Shown piece by piece: positions 24,370 to 34,310 of a stretch of 64,000 bases of DNA. Source of the DNA: an uncultured Methanosarcinaceae archaeon (lineage in GTDB: Archaea > Halobacteriota > Methanosarcinia > Methanosarcinales > Methanosarcinaceae); contig CAVRJG010000052.1 in the NCBI GenBank assembly GCA_963721455.1, positions 96,001 to 160,000 on the forward strand, read 5' to 3'. Made by a program: the position numbers and the translations under genes. Numbering within the stretch: the stretch's first letter is position 1; the number at the start of each line of letters is the position of its first letter. The notes beneath the pieces were generated by a model. It had not been told where the DNA came from, did not search any database, and was given only the letters and a program-made list of their open reading frames with translations.

Positions 24370-25548
24370 ATGTTTCAAATAGGAGAAGCGTTAATGGGGC
24401 AGGGCCCAGAACTTGCCCATGTTGATTTGATGATAGGAGACAAGGGAGGTCCCGTAGGGCAGGCTTTTGCAAATGGCTTCACTCAGCTCTCAGCCGGACA
24501 CACACCGCTTCTGTCGGTTATCAGGCCAAACCTGCCGCCTAAGCCTTCAACCCTTATCATCCCGAAGGTTACGGTAAAGAATATGGAGCAGGCAACAAAA
24601 ATTTTCGGACCTGCCCAGGCAGCAGTTGCAAAGGCAGTAGCAGACTCTGTCGAAGAAGGTGTAATCTCAAAGGACCAGGCTGAAGACCTTGTCATTGTAG
24701 CCAGCGTCTTTATCCACCCCGATGCCCAGGACTACAACAAAATCTATAGGTACAACTACGGAGCCACAAAACTCGCAATCAAGCGCGCTCTCGCCGGCTT
24801 CCCGGATATTAACACTGTTCTTGAGGAAAGCAACAAGTCCACTCATGCCATCATGGGGTTCAAGGTCACAAGGCTCTGGGATCCACCATACCTGCAGATT
24901 GCTTTTGACAACCCGAACCTCGAATTTGTGATGTCTGCCATTTCCCAGATTCCTAACAGCGATCACGTCATCATCGAAGCAGGCACACCCCTTATTAAAC
25001 GCTATGGCGTGGATATCATCTCGAAGATTAGACAGGTCAGGCCCGACGCCTTTATCGTGGCTGACTTAAAGACCCTGGATACCGGAAACCTTGAAGCAAG
25101 AATGGTTGCAGACGCTGCAGGCGATGCCGTCGTGGTCTCTGCCCTTGCCCCGATCAGCACTATTGACAAGCTCATTGAGGAAGCCCATAAGACAGGTATC
25201 TATGCGGTAATGGACACTCTCAACCACAACGACCCGATTTCTGTCTTAAAGCAGCTCAAGGTCATGCCTGATGTCATTGAACTCCACCGTGGAATTGACA
25301 TTGAGGGCACTGAACATGCCTGGGGCAATATCGCCGAGATCAAGAAGGTTGCTCCAAAGGCTCTGATTGCTGTTGCAGGCGGAGTCCGTCTCGACAAAGT
25401 ACCTTTGGCTCTGAGCCAGGGTGCTGACATTCTTGTGGTCGGACGTGCGATCACCAACTCAAAAGATATCAGGGAAGTCGCCGAGCAGTTCATCAACAGC
25501 CTTAACAAACCGGAAATTGACCAGTTCAGGGTCATGACTGACTTCTGA
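24370..25548 (+). CDS. fae-hps: Bifunctional formaldehyde-activating enzyme / 3-hexulose-6-phosphate synthase
   Basis: Fae domain [23 protein letters not shown] fused to HPS domain [19 protein letters not shown]. Confidence 0.93.
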   Translation: MFQIGEALMGQGPELAHVDLMIGDKGGPVGQAFANGFTQLSAGHTPLLSVIRPNLPPKPSTLIIPKVTVKNMEQATKIFGPAQAAVAKAVADSVEEGVISKDQAEDLVIVASVFIHPDAQDYNKIYRYNYGATKLAIKRALAGFPDINTVLEESNKSTHAIMGFKVTRLWDPPYLQIAFDNPNLEFVMSAISQIPNSDHVIIEAGTPLIKRYGVDIISKIRQVRPDAFIVADLKTLDTGNLEARMVADAAGDAVVVSALAPISTIDKLIEEAHKTGIYAVMDTLNHNDPISVLKQLKVMPDVIELHRGIDIEGTEHAWGNIAEIKKVAPKALIAVAGGVRLDKVPLALSQGADILVVGRAITNSKDIREVAEQFINSLNKPEIDQFRVMTDF

Positions 25549-25708
25549 GCAAGTTTAAGAATTCTTAAAGAAAATTCCTTAAAGAAAATTGCCGGAAAAA
25601 TGTTGCTAAAGAGCAAAGCCATGCAGCACTTTCCGGCAGAAACCTGTACCAGAGAAAGCGTTGAAATAAGCTTTTTCATTTTCTTTTTATTTTTCAGGAG
25701 GGGATTTC

Positions 25709-26377
25709 TTGGGTTTACCATTCATTTTACTGAATTACAAGACTTATTTACAGGGCACAGGCCAGGGAGCAATTGAAATTGCAAAAGCCTGCAGAGCTGT
25801 GTCCGAAGAATCGGGCATCGAGATTGCAGTAGCTCCCCAGATTCCGGATATTTACAGGGTAGCCTCGGAAGTTGAACTTCCGGTCTTTTCCCAGCATCTG
25901 GATGGGATAGGGGCAGGAAGCTTTACAGGCCATATTTTCGGAAAATGCATAAAAGAAGCAGGAGCTGTCGGGACTCTGATTAACCACTCTGAAAGGCGCC
26001 TTACCCTTGCAGAGATCGAAGCGTCGCTGAAGGCTGCAAAAGAACTCGGGCTCAGGACAGTCATCTGTACTAACAATGTTCCAACGACGGCAGCAGCCGC
26101 AGCTCTCGGTCCAGAGTATGTTGCAATAGAGCCTCCGGAGCTTATAGGTAGCGGAATCCCTGTCTCAAAGGCTGACCCTGAAGTCGTTAGCGGCTCGGTT
26201 GAGGCAGTTGCAAAAATCAATCCCGGGGTAAAAGTGCTCTGCGGAGCCGGGATCTCAAAAGGTGAAGACCTCAGGGCCGCCCTTGACCTTGGCTCGCAAG
26301 GCGTACTTCTGGCATCCGGAATCGTGAAAGCTGCGGACCCCAGGGCTGCCCTGGAGGATCTTATCCGTCTGGTTTAA
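25709..26377 (+). CDS. tpiA: Triosephosphate isomerase (archaeal type)
   Basis: NYKTY, NHSERR, AIEPPELIGSG, CGAGI, GVLLASG. Confidence 0.95.
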   Translation: MGLPFILLNYKTYLQGTGQGAIEIAKACRAVSEESGIEIAVAPQIPDIYRVASEVELPVFSQHLDGIGAGSFTGHIFGKCIKEAGAVGTLINHSERRLTLAEIEASLKAAKELGLRTVICTNNVPTTAAAAALGPEYVAIEPPELIGSGIPVSKADPEVVSGSVEAVAKINPGVKVLCGAGISKGEDLRAALDLGSQGVLLASGIVKAADPRAALEDLIRLV

Positions 26378-26456
26378 AGTTTCAGAAGGAAACTTTATTC
26401 CCAAAAATATGGATAGGAATAACGAAAACATCTGAGTGAATCCGGTAAAAAAGAAT

Positions 26457-26479
26457 GCGGCTTTTTCAGCCGCTTTTTT
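26457..26479. terminator. Hairpin plus T-run between convergent tpiA and the HEAT gene
   Basis: GCGGCT-TTTTC-AGCCGC-TTTTTT. Confidence 0.6.
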
Positions 26480-26496
26480 ATAATCTCTTTTTTGAA

Positions 26497-28035
26497 TTAC
26501 TGATACGCCAGGATAAGAGGCTTAACTGCTCTCGGGTCCCCGATTTCAATAAGAATTAAGGCTGTTTCATCCTTGAGTTTCTGATCTTTCGTTTTCAGAT
26601 TACCTATAAGAGGATCAACTGCCGTTTCTCCCATATCTATAAGTGCTTTTCTGGCACTAGCTACAAATTCTCTGTCTCCCAGTTTTTCTATAAGAACTCC
26701 TGCAGTTTCCTGGTCTTTGTTTTTGGTAAGAGCAAGAAAAGCCTCATTTCTAATGTCTATACTCATATTTTTGTCATCAAACACTTTTTTGAGAGTTTCT
26801 ACAGCTCTGGGATCTTCTATTTTCCTCAGAGATGAAGCTGCAGCTGTCCTGACCTCAAGCGCTTCCCCTTTATCGGTCAGTATGTCGATTAAAGTTTCCG
26901 TAGCCTCAGTGCTTCCTATTTCCCCAAGGGCGAGGACAGCGCTTTTTCGAACATCTTCGTTTGCATTCAAGGAATTCACTTTTTGTCCTTCAGAATCCTT
27001 CCCGGTTTCCAGGGTTTCTATCAGGGGGCTTACTGCGGTCTCGCTTCCTATTTCTCCGAGCGCAAGAGCTGCACTACTTCTTACCCTGACTTTCTGGTCT
27101 CTCAGTTTATCGATAAGAGAGGGTACTGAGCTTTCTCCTCCTATCTTCCCGAGGGCAATTGCAGAACTGTCCCTGACATATTCGCTGTTGCTTTCTTTCA
27201 TTTCTTTCATCAGGGGTTCTACTGCCCTTTCGTCCCCAATTTCTCCAAGGGCAATGGCTGCACTGACTTTCGCCAGAGGATAATCCCGAATCAGAATCCC
27301 GAGTATGGGGTCTACTGCAGCCTTTTCTCCCACTTTCCCAAGAGCCATCATAGCCGCGACTCTTGTGTTTCCCTTTTCGCTTTTAAGAGCTTTAAGAAGT
27401 TTTTCGGTTTCGCTTCCTGGCTCTTCAGGTCCGAAATCTGAAAGAGCAACAGAAGCGTAAATACTGGAGTTCTGTATTTCCGAGTTAAGGACTCTTTCCA
27501 GAGCATCTGTTTCTTCGTCGTATTCACTATTAATTGAGTCGGCAATGTACTTTCTCATGACTTTATCTTTTGCTTCTATAGCCTGCAGGGTATCTTCTGA
27601 GACTCCTTGCTTCCATTCTTCGGCTGTACTTTCGTTTGCAGCCTTATTTGAAGCCTCCTTTTTTCTAAAGTTTCCGGAAAGGATGTTTTCTGCTCTGTTA
27701 TCCCCGGTTTCAAGAAGCGCAAGAAGAATGTAACTGTTTGTTTTCTCCGAACTCGAAGTGTTCGACCCGATTTTTTCAACAAGAGTGTTGGCTGCAAGCT
27801 TTCCAAATTTCCCAAGTTCGGCTGCGGCGTTCAATCTCGTTTCAGGGTCACCGGTTTCCAGCTGATTTGTGAGATTTATTATCAGATCTTCGCTTGAAAC
27901 TCCAGCTTTTGTTTGGTTGTACGTTTCATTTTGACTGGCCTCAATAAACCTATCACTATTTGATAGAAGTGAAAAAACTATAGAAAGAGTAATGAGGACA
28001 AATAAAAGAGAAATTTTCCATTTAACTTCGGACAT
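26497..28035 (-). CDS. HEAT (PBS-lyase-like) repeat protein with an N-terminal signal/TM segment
   Basis: Many VR..AA.ALG.IG..AV.PLI repeats; hydrophobic ISLLFVLITLSIVFSLL after MSEVKWK; start 28035 avoids overlap with tyrA. Confidence 0.85.
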   Translation of the reverse strand: MSEVKWKISLLFVLITLSIVFSLLSNSDRFIEASQNETYNQTKAGVSSEDLIINLTNQLETGDPETRLNAAAELGKFGKLAANTLVEKIGSNTSSSEKTNSYILLALLETGDNRAENILSGNFRKKEASNKAANESTAEEWKQGVSEDTLQAIEAKDKVMRKYIADSINSEYDEETDALERVLNSEIQNSSIYASVALSDFGPEEPGSETEKLLKALKSEKGNTRVAAMMALGKVGEKAAVDPILGILIRDYPLAKVSAAIALGEIGDERAVEPLMKEMKESNSEYVRDSSAIALGKIGGESSVPSLIDKLRDQKVRVRSSAALALGEIGSETAVSPLIETLETGKDSEGQKVNSLNANEDVRKSAVLALGEIGSTEATETLIDILTDKGEALEVRTAAASSLRKIEDPRAVETLKKVFDDKNMSIDIRNEAFLALTKNKDQETAGVLIEKLGDREFVASARKALIDMGETAVDPLIGNLKTKDQKLKDETALILIEIGDPRAVKPLILAYQ

Positions 28036-28091
28036 TATACCATCTTTTTTTTTATTGTTTATATCACTTTCTCCCCTTATTAATACAGACA

Positions 28092-29558
28092 TCAAGAGCA
28101 AGATTCTTTCGATTCCTTCAGTCTCAGATTTTTCTCTCTTATCCGGCATCCGAGACCGCAAAGAAGGGCTGTAACTTCGGTTTCGACAGAATCTGCATCA
28201 CAATCCCCAAAAATTGTTATCCTATAAGTAACTCCGAGCCTTTCCACCTTTCTTTCTTTTTGGGTTTCTACCCAATTAAGTCCTCTGTAGATATCACTGA
28301 TTTCGCAGGCTGCAAGCTGTCTGGTTGTGTTTATAGCATTGAGGATAATTTCAGGGTCAGCGCCTTCCGGAATAATGACTGAAACGTCCTTGGTAGAGTG
28401 TTCAAGGTTTTCTTTTCTCCATTCCGTCAGTTCTGGTTCTGAAAGGAGGCGAAGGTTTTCAAGCTTGAGTTTTATGAATTTGTTTTTTATAGAAGGGGCA
28501 GTACCTTTTGAGACCAGTTTTGTAAGAACTATTTCATCCGGTCCCACCTTTTCCAGAGTACCGACATGGATTTTTCCGGAATAAAAATGGGAAAAGCCAC
28601 AGACTTTTCCGACGGAGTTCAGGATAGTTTCGTATTCGGCTATTCTGGAATTTATGAGTTTGTCCGATTTGCGCAGGGCATGAGCAGTATCTCCGTATTG
28701 TCGGGCAGCAGCCTTCATTTTTCTAGCAAAGCCTTCTTCGTCATGGGCCCTCACAAGACTTGAGAGTTCTTCGCATTCCCTGATGAATGCCTTATGAACC
28801 TCCAGGACGCCAGGGTTTTCCATCTGGATAAGGGCATACAGGTAAGGATTCTGGCCGAGAATCCTGCCTACGAAGTCCAGCATTATGTCGTAAACGGGGC
28901 TTACGAATTTTCTGGATTTCTTTACATCAAAGTCTAACCTGTCAATGGTCGTACCTATGCTAATATAAGCAAAATGAGTAAGTCCCTGCACAACCGAGAC
29001 AAGGCTATCGTGTTCGGCTGCAGTGGTAATTTCAACATGGGCTCCGCTCTCCTCAAAGAGTTCTCTTACTATCGGAAACCATTTTTCCGAGCGCCCCTTT
29101 ACAGGGACAAGAATGACAGTCTGCCCTCTGATAGTGCGAATTGTGGGGCCGAACATTGGATGAGTGCCCAGAATTTCCACATCCGAAGGGGCGAATTTTC
29201 TCATAGCTTCTACAGGCTTTACTTTGATGGAAGTAAAGTCCATAAGAAGGCTTCCAGCTTTCATTTTTGGAGCAATTTCTGCAATAGTCTCTTCAGTTAC
29301 ATTGATGGGTACAGAGACTATTACTATATCACTTTCCGGAACAGCTGCTTCAAGATCCGAGGCAAAAGGGACTTCCAGTTTTCTGGCAATTTCGGTTTTT
29401 CCTCCTTTTCCCCAGACTGTAACTTCGTAACCTCTTTCTTTGAAAAAACGGGTAAACCACTGTCCCATTTCTCCGGTTCCGCCCAGAATCAGAACCTTCG
29501 TTTTTCCAGGACTTCGATCCCGACGGTTTTGGTTCCGGGTTTCCAGATCCGCACTCAA
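28092..29558 (-). CDS. tyrA: Prephenate dehydrogenase with a C-terminal extension
   Basis: GGTGEMG, DFTSIK, THPMFGP, EHD...VVQGLTHF; last gene of the aro cluster. Confidence 0.9.
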   Translation of the reverse strand: MSADLETRNQNRRDRSPGKTKVLILGGTGEMGQWFTRFFKERGYEVTVWGKGGKTEIARKLEVPFASDLEAAVPESDIVIVSVPINVTEETIAEIAPKMKAGSLLMDFTSIKVKPVEAMRKFAPSDVEILGTHPMFGPTIRTIRGQTVILVPVKGRSEKWFPIVRELFEESGAHVEITTAAEHDSLVSVVQGLTHFAYISIGTTIDRLDFDVKKSRKFVSPVYDIMLDFVGRILGQNPYLYALIQMENPGVLEVHKAFIRECEELSSLVRAHDEEGFARKMKAAARQYGDTAHALRKSDKLINSRIAEYETILNSVGKVCGFSHFYSGKIHVGTLEKVGPDEIVLTKLVSKGTAPSIKNKFIKLKLENLRLLSEPELTEWRKENLEHSTKDVSVIIPEGADPEIILNAINTTRQLAACEISDIYRGLNWVETQKERKVERLGVTYRITIFGDCDADSVETEVTALLCGLGCRIREKNLRLKESKESCS

Positions 29559-30397
29559 GCCTGCAAAGCCTCCAGAACAGTTTTTTTCATGAGTTCCACT
29601 GGAGGTTCAATTCCTGTCCAGAGCCTGAAAGCTTCAGCTCCCTGATAAACAAGCATTAAGACCCCACTCACAGTTTTTGCGCCTGCAGCTTTTGCTTCCC
29701 TTAAGAGCCTGGTTTCCAGGGGGTTGTAGACAATGTCAAAAACAGTAAGTTCAGGGTGAAGATTTTCTGCTGTGGTAATGGCAGTGTCTGTATTCGGGTG
29801 CATCCCGAGAGTTGTGGTATTGATCAGGACATCTGCATCTTGCAGCAGGGCTTTTAATCCTGAGAGCCCTCTTCCCCTTACATTCCCCAAAATGGCTGCG
29901 GCTGAGATATCTTTTGCAAGTTCAACTGCCCTTTCTTCGGTCCGGTTTATTATTGTGATTTCAGCACCATCGGCTGCAAGCTGGAAAGCTATCGCCCTTG
30001 CTGCTCCGCCTGCCCCTGCAACTACTATCTCAGACCCCCTTATTTCCACTGCAGCCTCACGAAGCGCCTGTTTTGCCCCTAAGCCGTCGGTATTGTACCC
30101 CTTGATTTCTCCGTTTTTCCCGAAAACGACAGTATTTACAGCTCCTATCCTTTCTGCCAGTGGGTCGGGCCTGATGCAGTCGAGTTTTAAAGCTGCCTCT
30201 TTCAAGGGCACTGTCAGGTTGAGCCCTCCAAATCCCATAGCTTCAGCCCCGAGAATTGCTTTTTCCAGTTTTTCGGGCTTGACCCTGAATGCATGATAGA
30301 TGCAGTCCATTCCAAGGGCTGAAAAAGCTGCATTATGCATTGCAGGAGAAAGGGAATGACCTATGGGGTCCCCAAATACGCCAAAAACTTGCTTCAT
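29555..30397 (-). CDS. aroE: Shikimate dehydrogenase
   Basis: HSLSPAMHN, NLTVPLK, GAVNT, NTDG, GAGGAARA, MLVYQG. Confidence 0.95.
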   Translation of the reverse strand: MKQVFGVFGDPIGHSLSPAMHNAAFSALGMDCIYHAFRVKPEKLEKAILGAEAMGFGGLNLTVPLKEAALKLDCIRPDPLAERIGAVNTVVFGKNGEIKGYNTDGLGAKQALREAAVEIRGSEIVVAGAGGAARAIAFQLAADGAEITIINRTEERAVELAKDISAAAILGNVRGRGLSGLKALLQDADVLINTTTLGMHPNTDTAITTAENLHPELTVFDIVYNPLETRLLREAKAAGAKTVSGVLMLVYQGAEAFRLWTGIEPPVELMKKTVLEALQA

Positions 30398-31176
30398 TCG
30401 AGCAGCTCCATTATTTTCTTTAACTTATCTACCGGAAGCTGTCCCGGAGCCGCGGAAACTGTACCTTCGACAGACGCGTATGTCAGGACTGAACCATAAA
30501 AAGGAGCAATTACCCTTGTATGTTTTCCGGCTTTGCCCATAGCGATTGTACATACGGCTCTTCCAGATTCCCTGGCATCCAGTGTAACTCTTAACAGGTC
30601 AAGCACGTCCCTCATCGAGTGCGGCATAACAGCAAGCTTGGCAATGTCTGCTCCTGCCAGAAATGCCTCTTCCAGAGTTGCTTTTATTTCCTGAAAAGAA
30701 GGAGTTTTTAAAAAATCATGGGAGGAAATGATTATAGTTTTTCCAGAGGTTCTTGCCGCTTTTACTACGCAGTCTCTCTCTCCTCTCTCTGCAGAGAGCT
30801 CGATATCTACTGCGTCTGGCCCGTCTTTAATGGAAAGGAGGGTTGTAAGAAGTCCGATTCTTTCTGCCTCTTTTCCTTCCCATTTTCCTCCTTCCTTATT
30901 GGAGCGGTTTGTGATAATTACCGGAAGTCCGGTTTCGGATTTTATTTTTCTGATTGTTTCTGTAGCCATTTCCAGATCCCTGATTCCCAGCAGGTCAAGC
31001 CGAATTTCCAGAACGTCGGCTCCCATTTCGGCTGCTTTTTTTGATGTTTCAAGGGGTTTTTCAAGGATTACTGCAACAACTGCAGCTTTTTCTTCAAGGT
31101 CAAGCGGGCCAATATGAATCATTGCTTTCTCCGGGTTTCCGTTTCCGCTGACAATTATTTCTCTTTTACAGGTCAC
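30394..31176 (-). CDS. aroD: Type I 3-dehydroquinate dehydratase
   Basis: EIRLD, SSHDF..TP, ADIAKLA, MG..G..TR, APGQ. Confidence 0.93.
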   Translation of the reverse strand: MTCKREIIVSGNGNPEKAMIHIGPLDLEEKAAVVAVILEKPLETSKKAAEMGADVLEIRLDLLGIRDLEMATETIRKIKSETGLPVIITNRSNKEGGKWEGKEAERIGLLTTLLSIKDGPDAVDIELSAERGERDCVVKAARTSGKTIIISSHDFLKTPSFQEIKATLEEAFLAGADIAKLAVMPHSMRDVLDLLRVTLDARESGRAVCTIAMGKAGKHTRVIAPFYGSVLTYASVEGTVSAAPGQLPVDKLKKIMELLE

Positions 31177-32315
31177 TTTTCTATAATCGTTTCTTCGATC
31201 TTTTTCCCGAAATGCCTGGCTCCCTCTTCCAGGCGAACCAGAACTTCATCGCCTTTCTTGAGTTTGGCAACCGAGATGGGATTTCCGTCTTTTCCAACCA
31301 GCTTGATAGTTTCTGCATTTTGCAGGATGGCGCTCAAAGTCCTGTCTCCTGCTTTTGCTTCAATAAGCATGAGAGGGCGGCTTTCTATCTTGACCCTGCC
31401 AACAATGCCTTCTCGCTGTTTTCCTTTTGAATCTACGATAGTTACCGTATCTCCGGTCTGGAGTTCCGAGAGGTAGCGGGTTTTGTCTCCGATTTTGATA
31501 TAAGAGTGAACTGCGCCCGCATTTACCCTGAACGGGCGGGCTGCAACATAAGGGCTGTCATCGGATTCGGAATTTACCAGGAACATTCCGCTTGCCTGAG
31601 AGCCTATGAGCATGCCTTCTCCCCTTTGCATGAGGTTGCATGTGTCCACACAGACTCGGTCTCCCATTCCAAGAGGTTCGACCCGGGTTACGACTGCAGA
31701 CTCAAGTTCGGCGCTTTCGTTTTCCAGCTCCCTTGCGGCCTGAATCGTGTCTTTTATTTCCTGGGGATTCCCGCTGTCCAGAAGCACTCCATCTGCTCCG
31801 GTTTCAAGAGTCTGGAAAGCCAGTCTTGCTTCTTCTGCACTCTTCACCCCAAAAATGATCTTCACTTTATAACGCTGAAGCTCGGCTATCAGGTTCTCTA
31901 GAGGGATAACCTTCCAATCCGTGCCTGTTACAAGCAGGAAATCGCAGACCTTTCCCATTTCGGCTGCAAAATGCTCGTAGCGTTTGTCTCTTATTACGAC
32001 ATATCCGCCTACAGCCACTCCTTTGTCCCTGAGAAGAGTTGCTGCGTTTATGTCAAGAGAACCCGGAATTTCAAGGGATAAGGGTTTTGTCCCATCGCCT
32101 TCTCCTCTCTTTCCAACAACCACGATGTCAGCCCCGGATTTATTGTCACGGCCAAAGGTTGCTACTGGAATATTTCCCAATTCCCGGACCTTTTCCACAT
32201 CTCCTGGGTTTACAAGAACGCAGTCGGCTCCTGATTCAAGGCCTGTCGTGATCCTGTCTTTCTGTTCTTCCCATCCGCCATCATCGGCTTTTATCCAGAC
32301 ACTTTTCTTTTTCAA
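31173..32315 (-). CDS. aroB': 3-dehydroquinate synthase II
   Basis: DWKVIPLENLIA, GDRVCVDTC, RPFRVNAGAVHSY, LQNAETI. Confidence 0.93.
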   Translation of the reverse strand: MKKKSVWIKADDGGWEEQKDRITTGLESGADCVLVNPGDVEKVRELGNIPVATFGRDNKSGADIVVVGKRGEGDGTKPLSLEIPGSLDINAATLLRDKGVAVGGYVVIRDKRYEHFAAEMGKVCDFLLVTGTDWKVIPLENLIAELQRYKVKIIFGVKSAEEARLAFQTLETGADGVLLDSGNPQEIKDTIQAARELENESAELESAVVTRVEPLGMGDRVCVDTCNLMQRGEGMLIGSQASGMFLVNSESDDSPYVAARPFRVNAGAVHSYIKIGDKTRYLSELQTGDTVTIVDSKGKQREGIVGRVKIESRPLMLIEAKAGDRTLSAILQNAETIKLVGKDGNPISVAKLKKGDEVLVRLEEGARHFGKKIEETIIEK

Positions 32316-32410
32316 GGCTTCAACCCCGGTATACTTTCTGTTTTTACTCCGGTCTTTTCCCTTTTTAACTTTTATTATGGGTTCTGATCTAGCTTTTCAA
32401 TATCTCGTTT

Positions 32411-33208
32411 TCATTTCAGCTGTTCCAGGGCTTCTTCCACGGGTCTTCTATGGTGTATGATTTCGCAGATCGCCCGGGTAAGTCTGACAGGATCCTTGTG
32501 CTGGAAAACGTTCCTTCCGATTGCAGCTCCTCTGGCTCCGGCTTCCATTGCCCCGTCAATCATTTCCAGGAGTTCCATGTCAGTTGAGGTTTTAGGGCCT
32601 CCTGCAATAACTACAGGCACAGGGCAGCCCCTTACCACATCTCTGAAACTGTCCGGGTCTCCTGTGTATACGGTTTTTACAACGTCAGCCCCAAGCTCGG
32701 CTCCGATTCTCGCAGCATGTGCAACATTTACAGGATCATGCGGATTGGTAATTTTCTTGCCTCTGGGGTACATCATAGTAAGAAGAGGCACGCCCCATTC
32801 CGTACAGTCTCTGGAGATTTTTCCAAGCTGCTCAAGCTGGTCGGCTTCTGTTGCAGAGCCTATGTTAATGTGCATAGAAACAGCATCAGCTCCCATCTTA
32901 ATTACCTCTTCCACTGTACAGACCTGGACTTTGGCATTAGGGTCCGGGCTCAGGGAAGAAGAGCCACTGATGTGCACGATAAGCCCTATATCATGGCCGT
33001 ATCCTCTGTGCCCGTATTTTACCATTCCTTTTTGCATGAGGACGGCATTTGCTCCTCCTTCGGCAACTCTGTTAACTGTATCGGTGATATTGATCAGCCC
33101 TTCGATAGGCCCGTCTGAGATTCCATGGTCCATCGGAATAATGACCATGTTTCTGCTTTCCCGGTTCATCAGCCTTTCTATCCGTATTTTTTTACCAATT
33201 TCTGACAT
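32411..33208 (-). CDS. aroA': 2-amino-3,7-dideoxy-D-threo-hept-6-ulosonate (ADH) synthase, DhnA-type aldolase
   Basis: [35 protein letters not shown]; directly upstream of DHQ synthase II. Confidence 0.9.
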   Translation of the reverse strand: MSEIGKKIRIERLMNRESRNMVIIPMDHGISDGPIEGLINITDTVNRVAEGGANAVLMQKGMVKYGHRGYGHDIGLIVHISGSSSLSPDPNAKVQVCTVEEVIKMGADAVSMHINIGSATEADQLEQLGKISRDCTEWGVPLLTMMYPRGKKITNPHDPVNVAHAARIGAELGADVVKTVYTGDPDSFRDVVRGCPVPVVIAGGPKTSTDMELLEMIDGAMEAGARGAAIGRNVFQHKDPVRLTRAICEIIHHRRPVEEALEQLK

Positions 33209-33293
33209 TATAATCCCCTTCGAGTGTAAAATATTCCTCAAATTGTTATGACCGTTATTAATTGTTATGAACGATATTTATTCTGAAATAGCA

Positions 33294-33316
33294 TGCTAGT
33301 ATGTGACATAGTAGCA
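33294..33316. promoter_or_regulatory. Imperfect 23-bp palindrome in the aro operon promoter
   Basis: TGCTAGTATGT-G-ACATAGTAGCA (10 of 11 pairs), about 10 bp downstream of a minus-strand TTTAAATA box at 33326-33333. Confidence 0.45.
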
Positions 33317-33646
33317 CACTTCGTATATTTAAAGGTATTCCATCTGGGTGCAAGATAATCTGTGCATTCTAATGCAAATGAATAGTCTTGAACCTTTCTG
33401 TATAACATTGTCCTATAATGCTCAGTTTGTGTGGCTCATTTTTTGCTGTATATGCAGAGTGCCATTGAAAATACATTCCCGTTTATAGAATTAAAATCCG
33501 GATTTGAAGCCTCGTGCTTTCGAAAAACTGCACAGGTTTTGAACTGCGGAAGGATGCGAGAATTAAAATAGGATAAGATTGGCTAATAGAGTAAACTCAG
33601 AGCATTAGAACAACATTATAATACTAAAACAGGAACGGAAGGAATT

Positions 33647-34216
33647 ATGAAAGAGCTGAAAATTCTTGTTGTTAATAACTACGGACAATTCTGCCACCTT
33701 ATTCACAGGGCTGTTCGGGATCTTGATATGGATACAAAGATAATTTCCAATACAATGCCTATCGAGGATATCCTGGCAGAAGAGCCGGACGGGCTGATCC
33801 TGAGCGGTGGGCCGGAAATGGATAGGGCAGGCTTATGTCTCGATTATGTCCGGGAAATTGACCTCCCTATCCTTGGAATCTGCCTCGGGCATCAGGCAAT
33901 TGCCCTGGCATATGGGGGACACGTTCATGCAGGGAAAAAAGGCGGGTATGCAGAGGTTGAAATAGAGGTGCTCGAAGAAGATGATATTCTGCGGGGACTT
34001 GGCCCAAAAACCACGGCGTGGGCTTCACATGCAGATGAAGTTGCAATTCTTCCTGAGGGGTTTATTCATCTCGCCCGTTCCGATATATGCGAGATCGAAG
34101 CCATGCGCCATCCTACAAAACCCATTTATGGTGTCCAGTGGCATCCCGAGGTTTCCCACACCGAACAGGGAGAAGAACTGCTTATGAACTTCTTTGAGGT
34201 CTGCGATCAATATTGA
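33647..34216 (+). CDS. guaAA: GMP synthase glutamine amidotransferase subunit A
   Basis: ILSGGP, GICLGHQ, QWHPEV catalytic triad motifs. Confidence 0.93.
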   Translation: MKELKILVVNNYGQFCHLIHRAVRDLDMDTKIISNTMPIEDILAEEPDGLILSGGPEMDRAGLCLDYVREIDLPILGICLGHQAIALAYGGHVHAGKKGGYAEVEIEVLEEDDILRGLGPKTTAWASHADEVAILPEGFIHLARSDICEIEAMRHPTKPIYGVQWHPEVSHTEQGEELLMNFFEVCDQY

Positions 34217-34310
34217 TTCATAAAAATTTTAAAAAATACCCGACAATTTCAAGGATTACAAAAAGAGACATAGCAGTTATATAAATGGTAGAAAAGAACT
34301 ATGGGATGGA

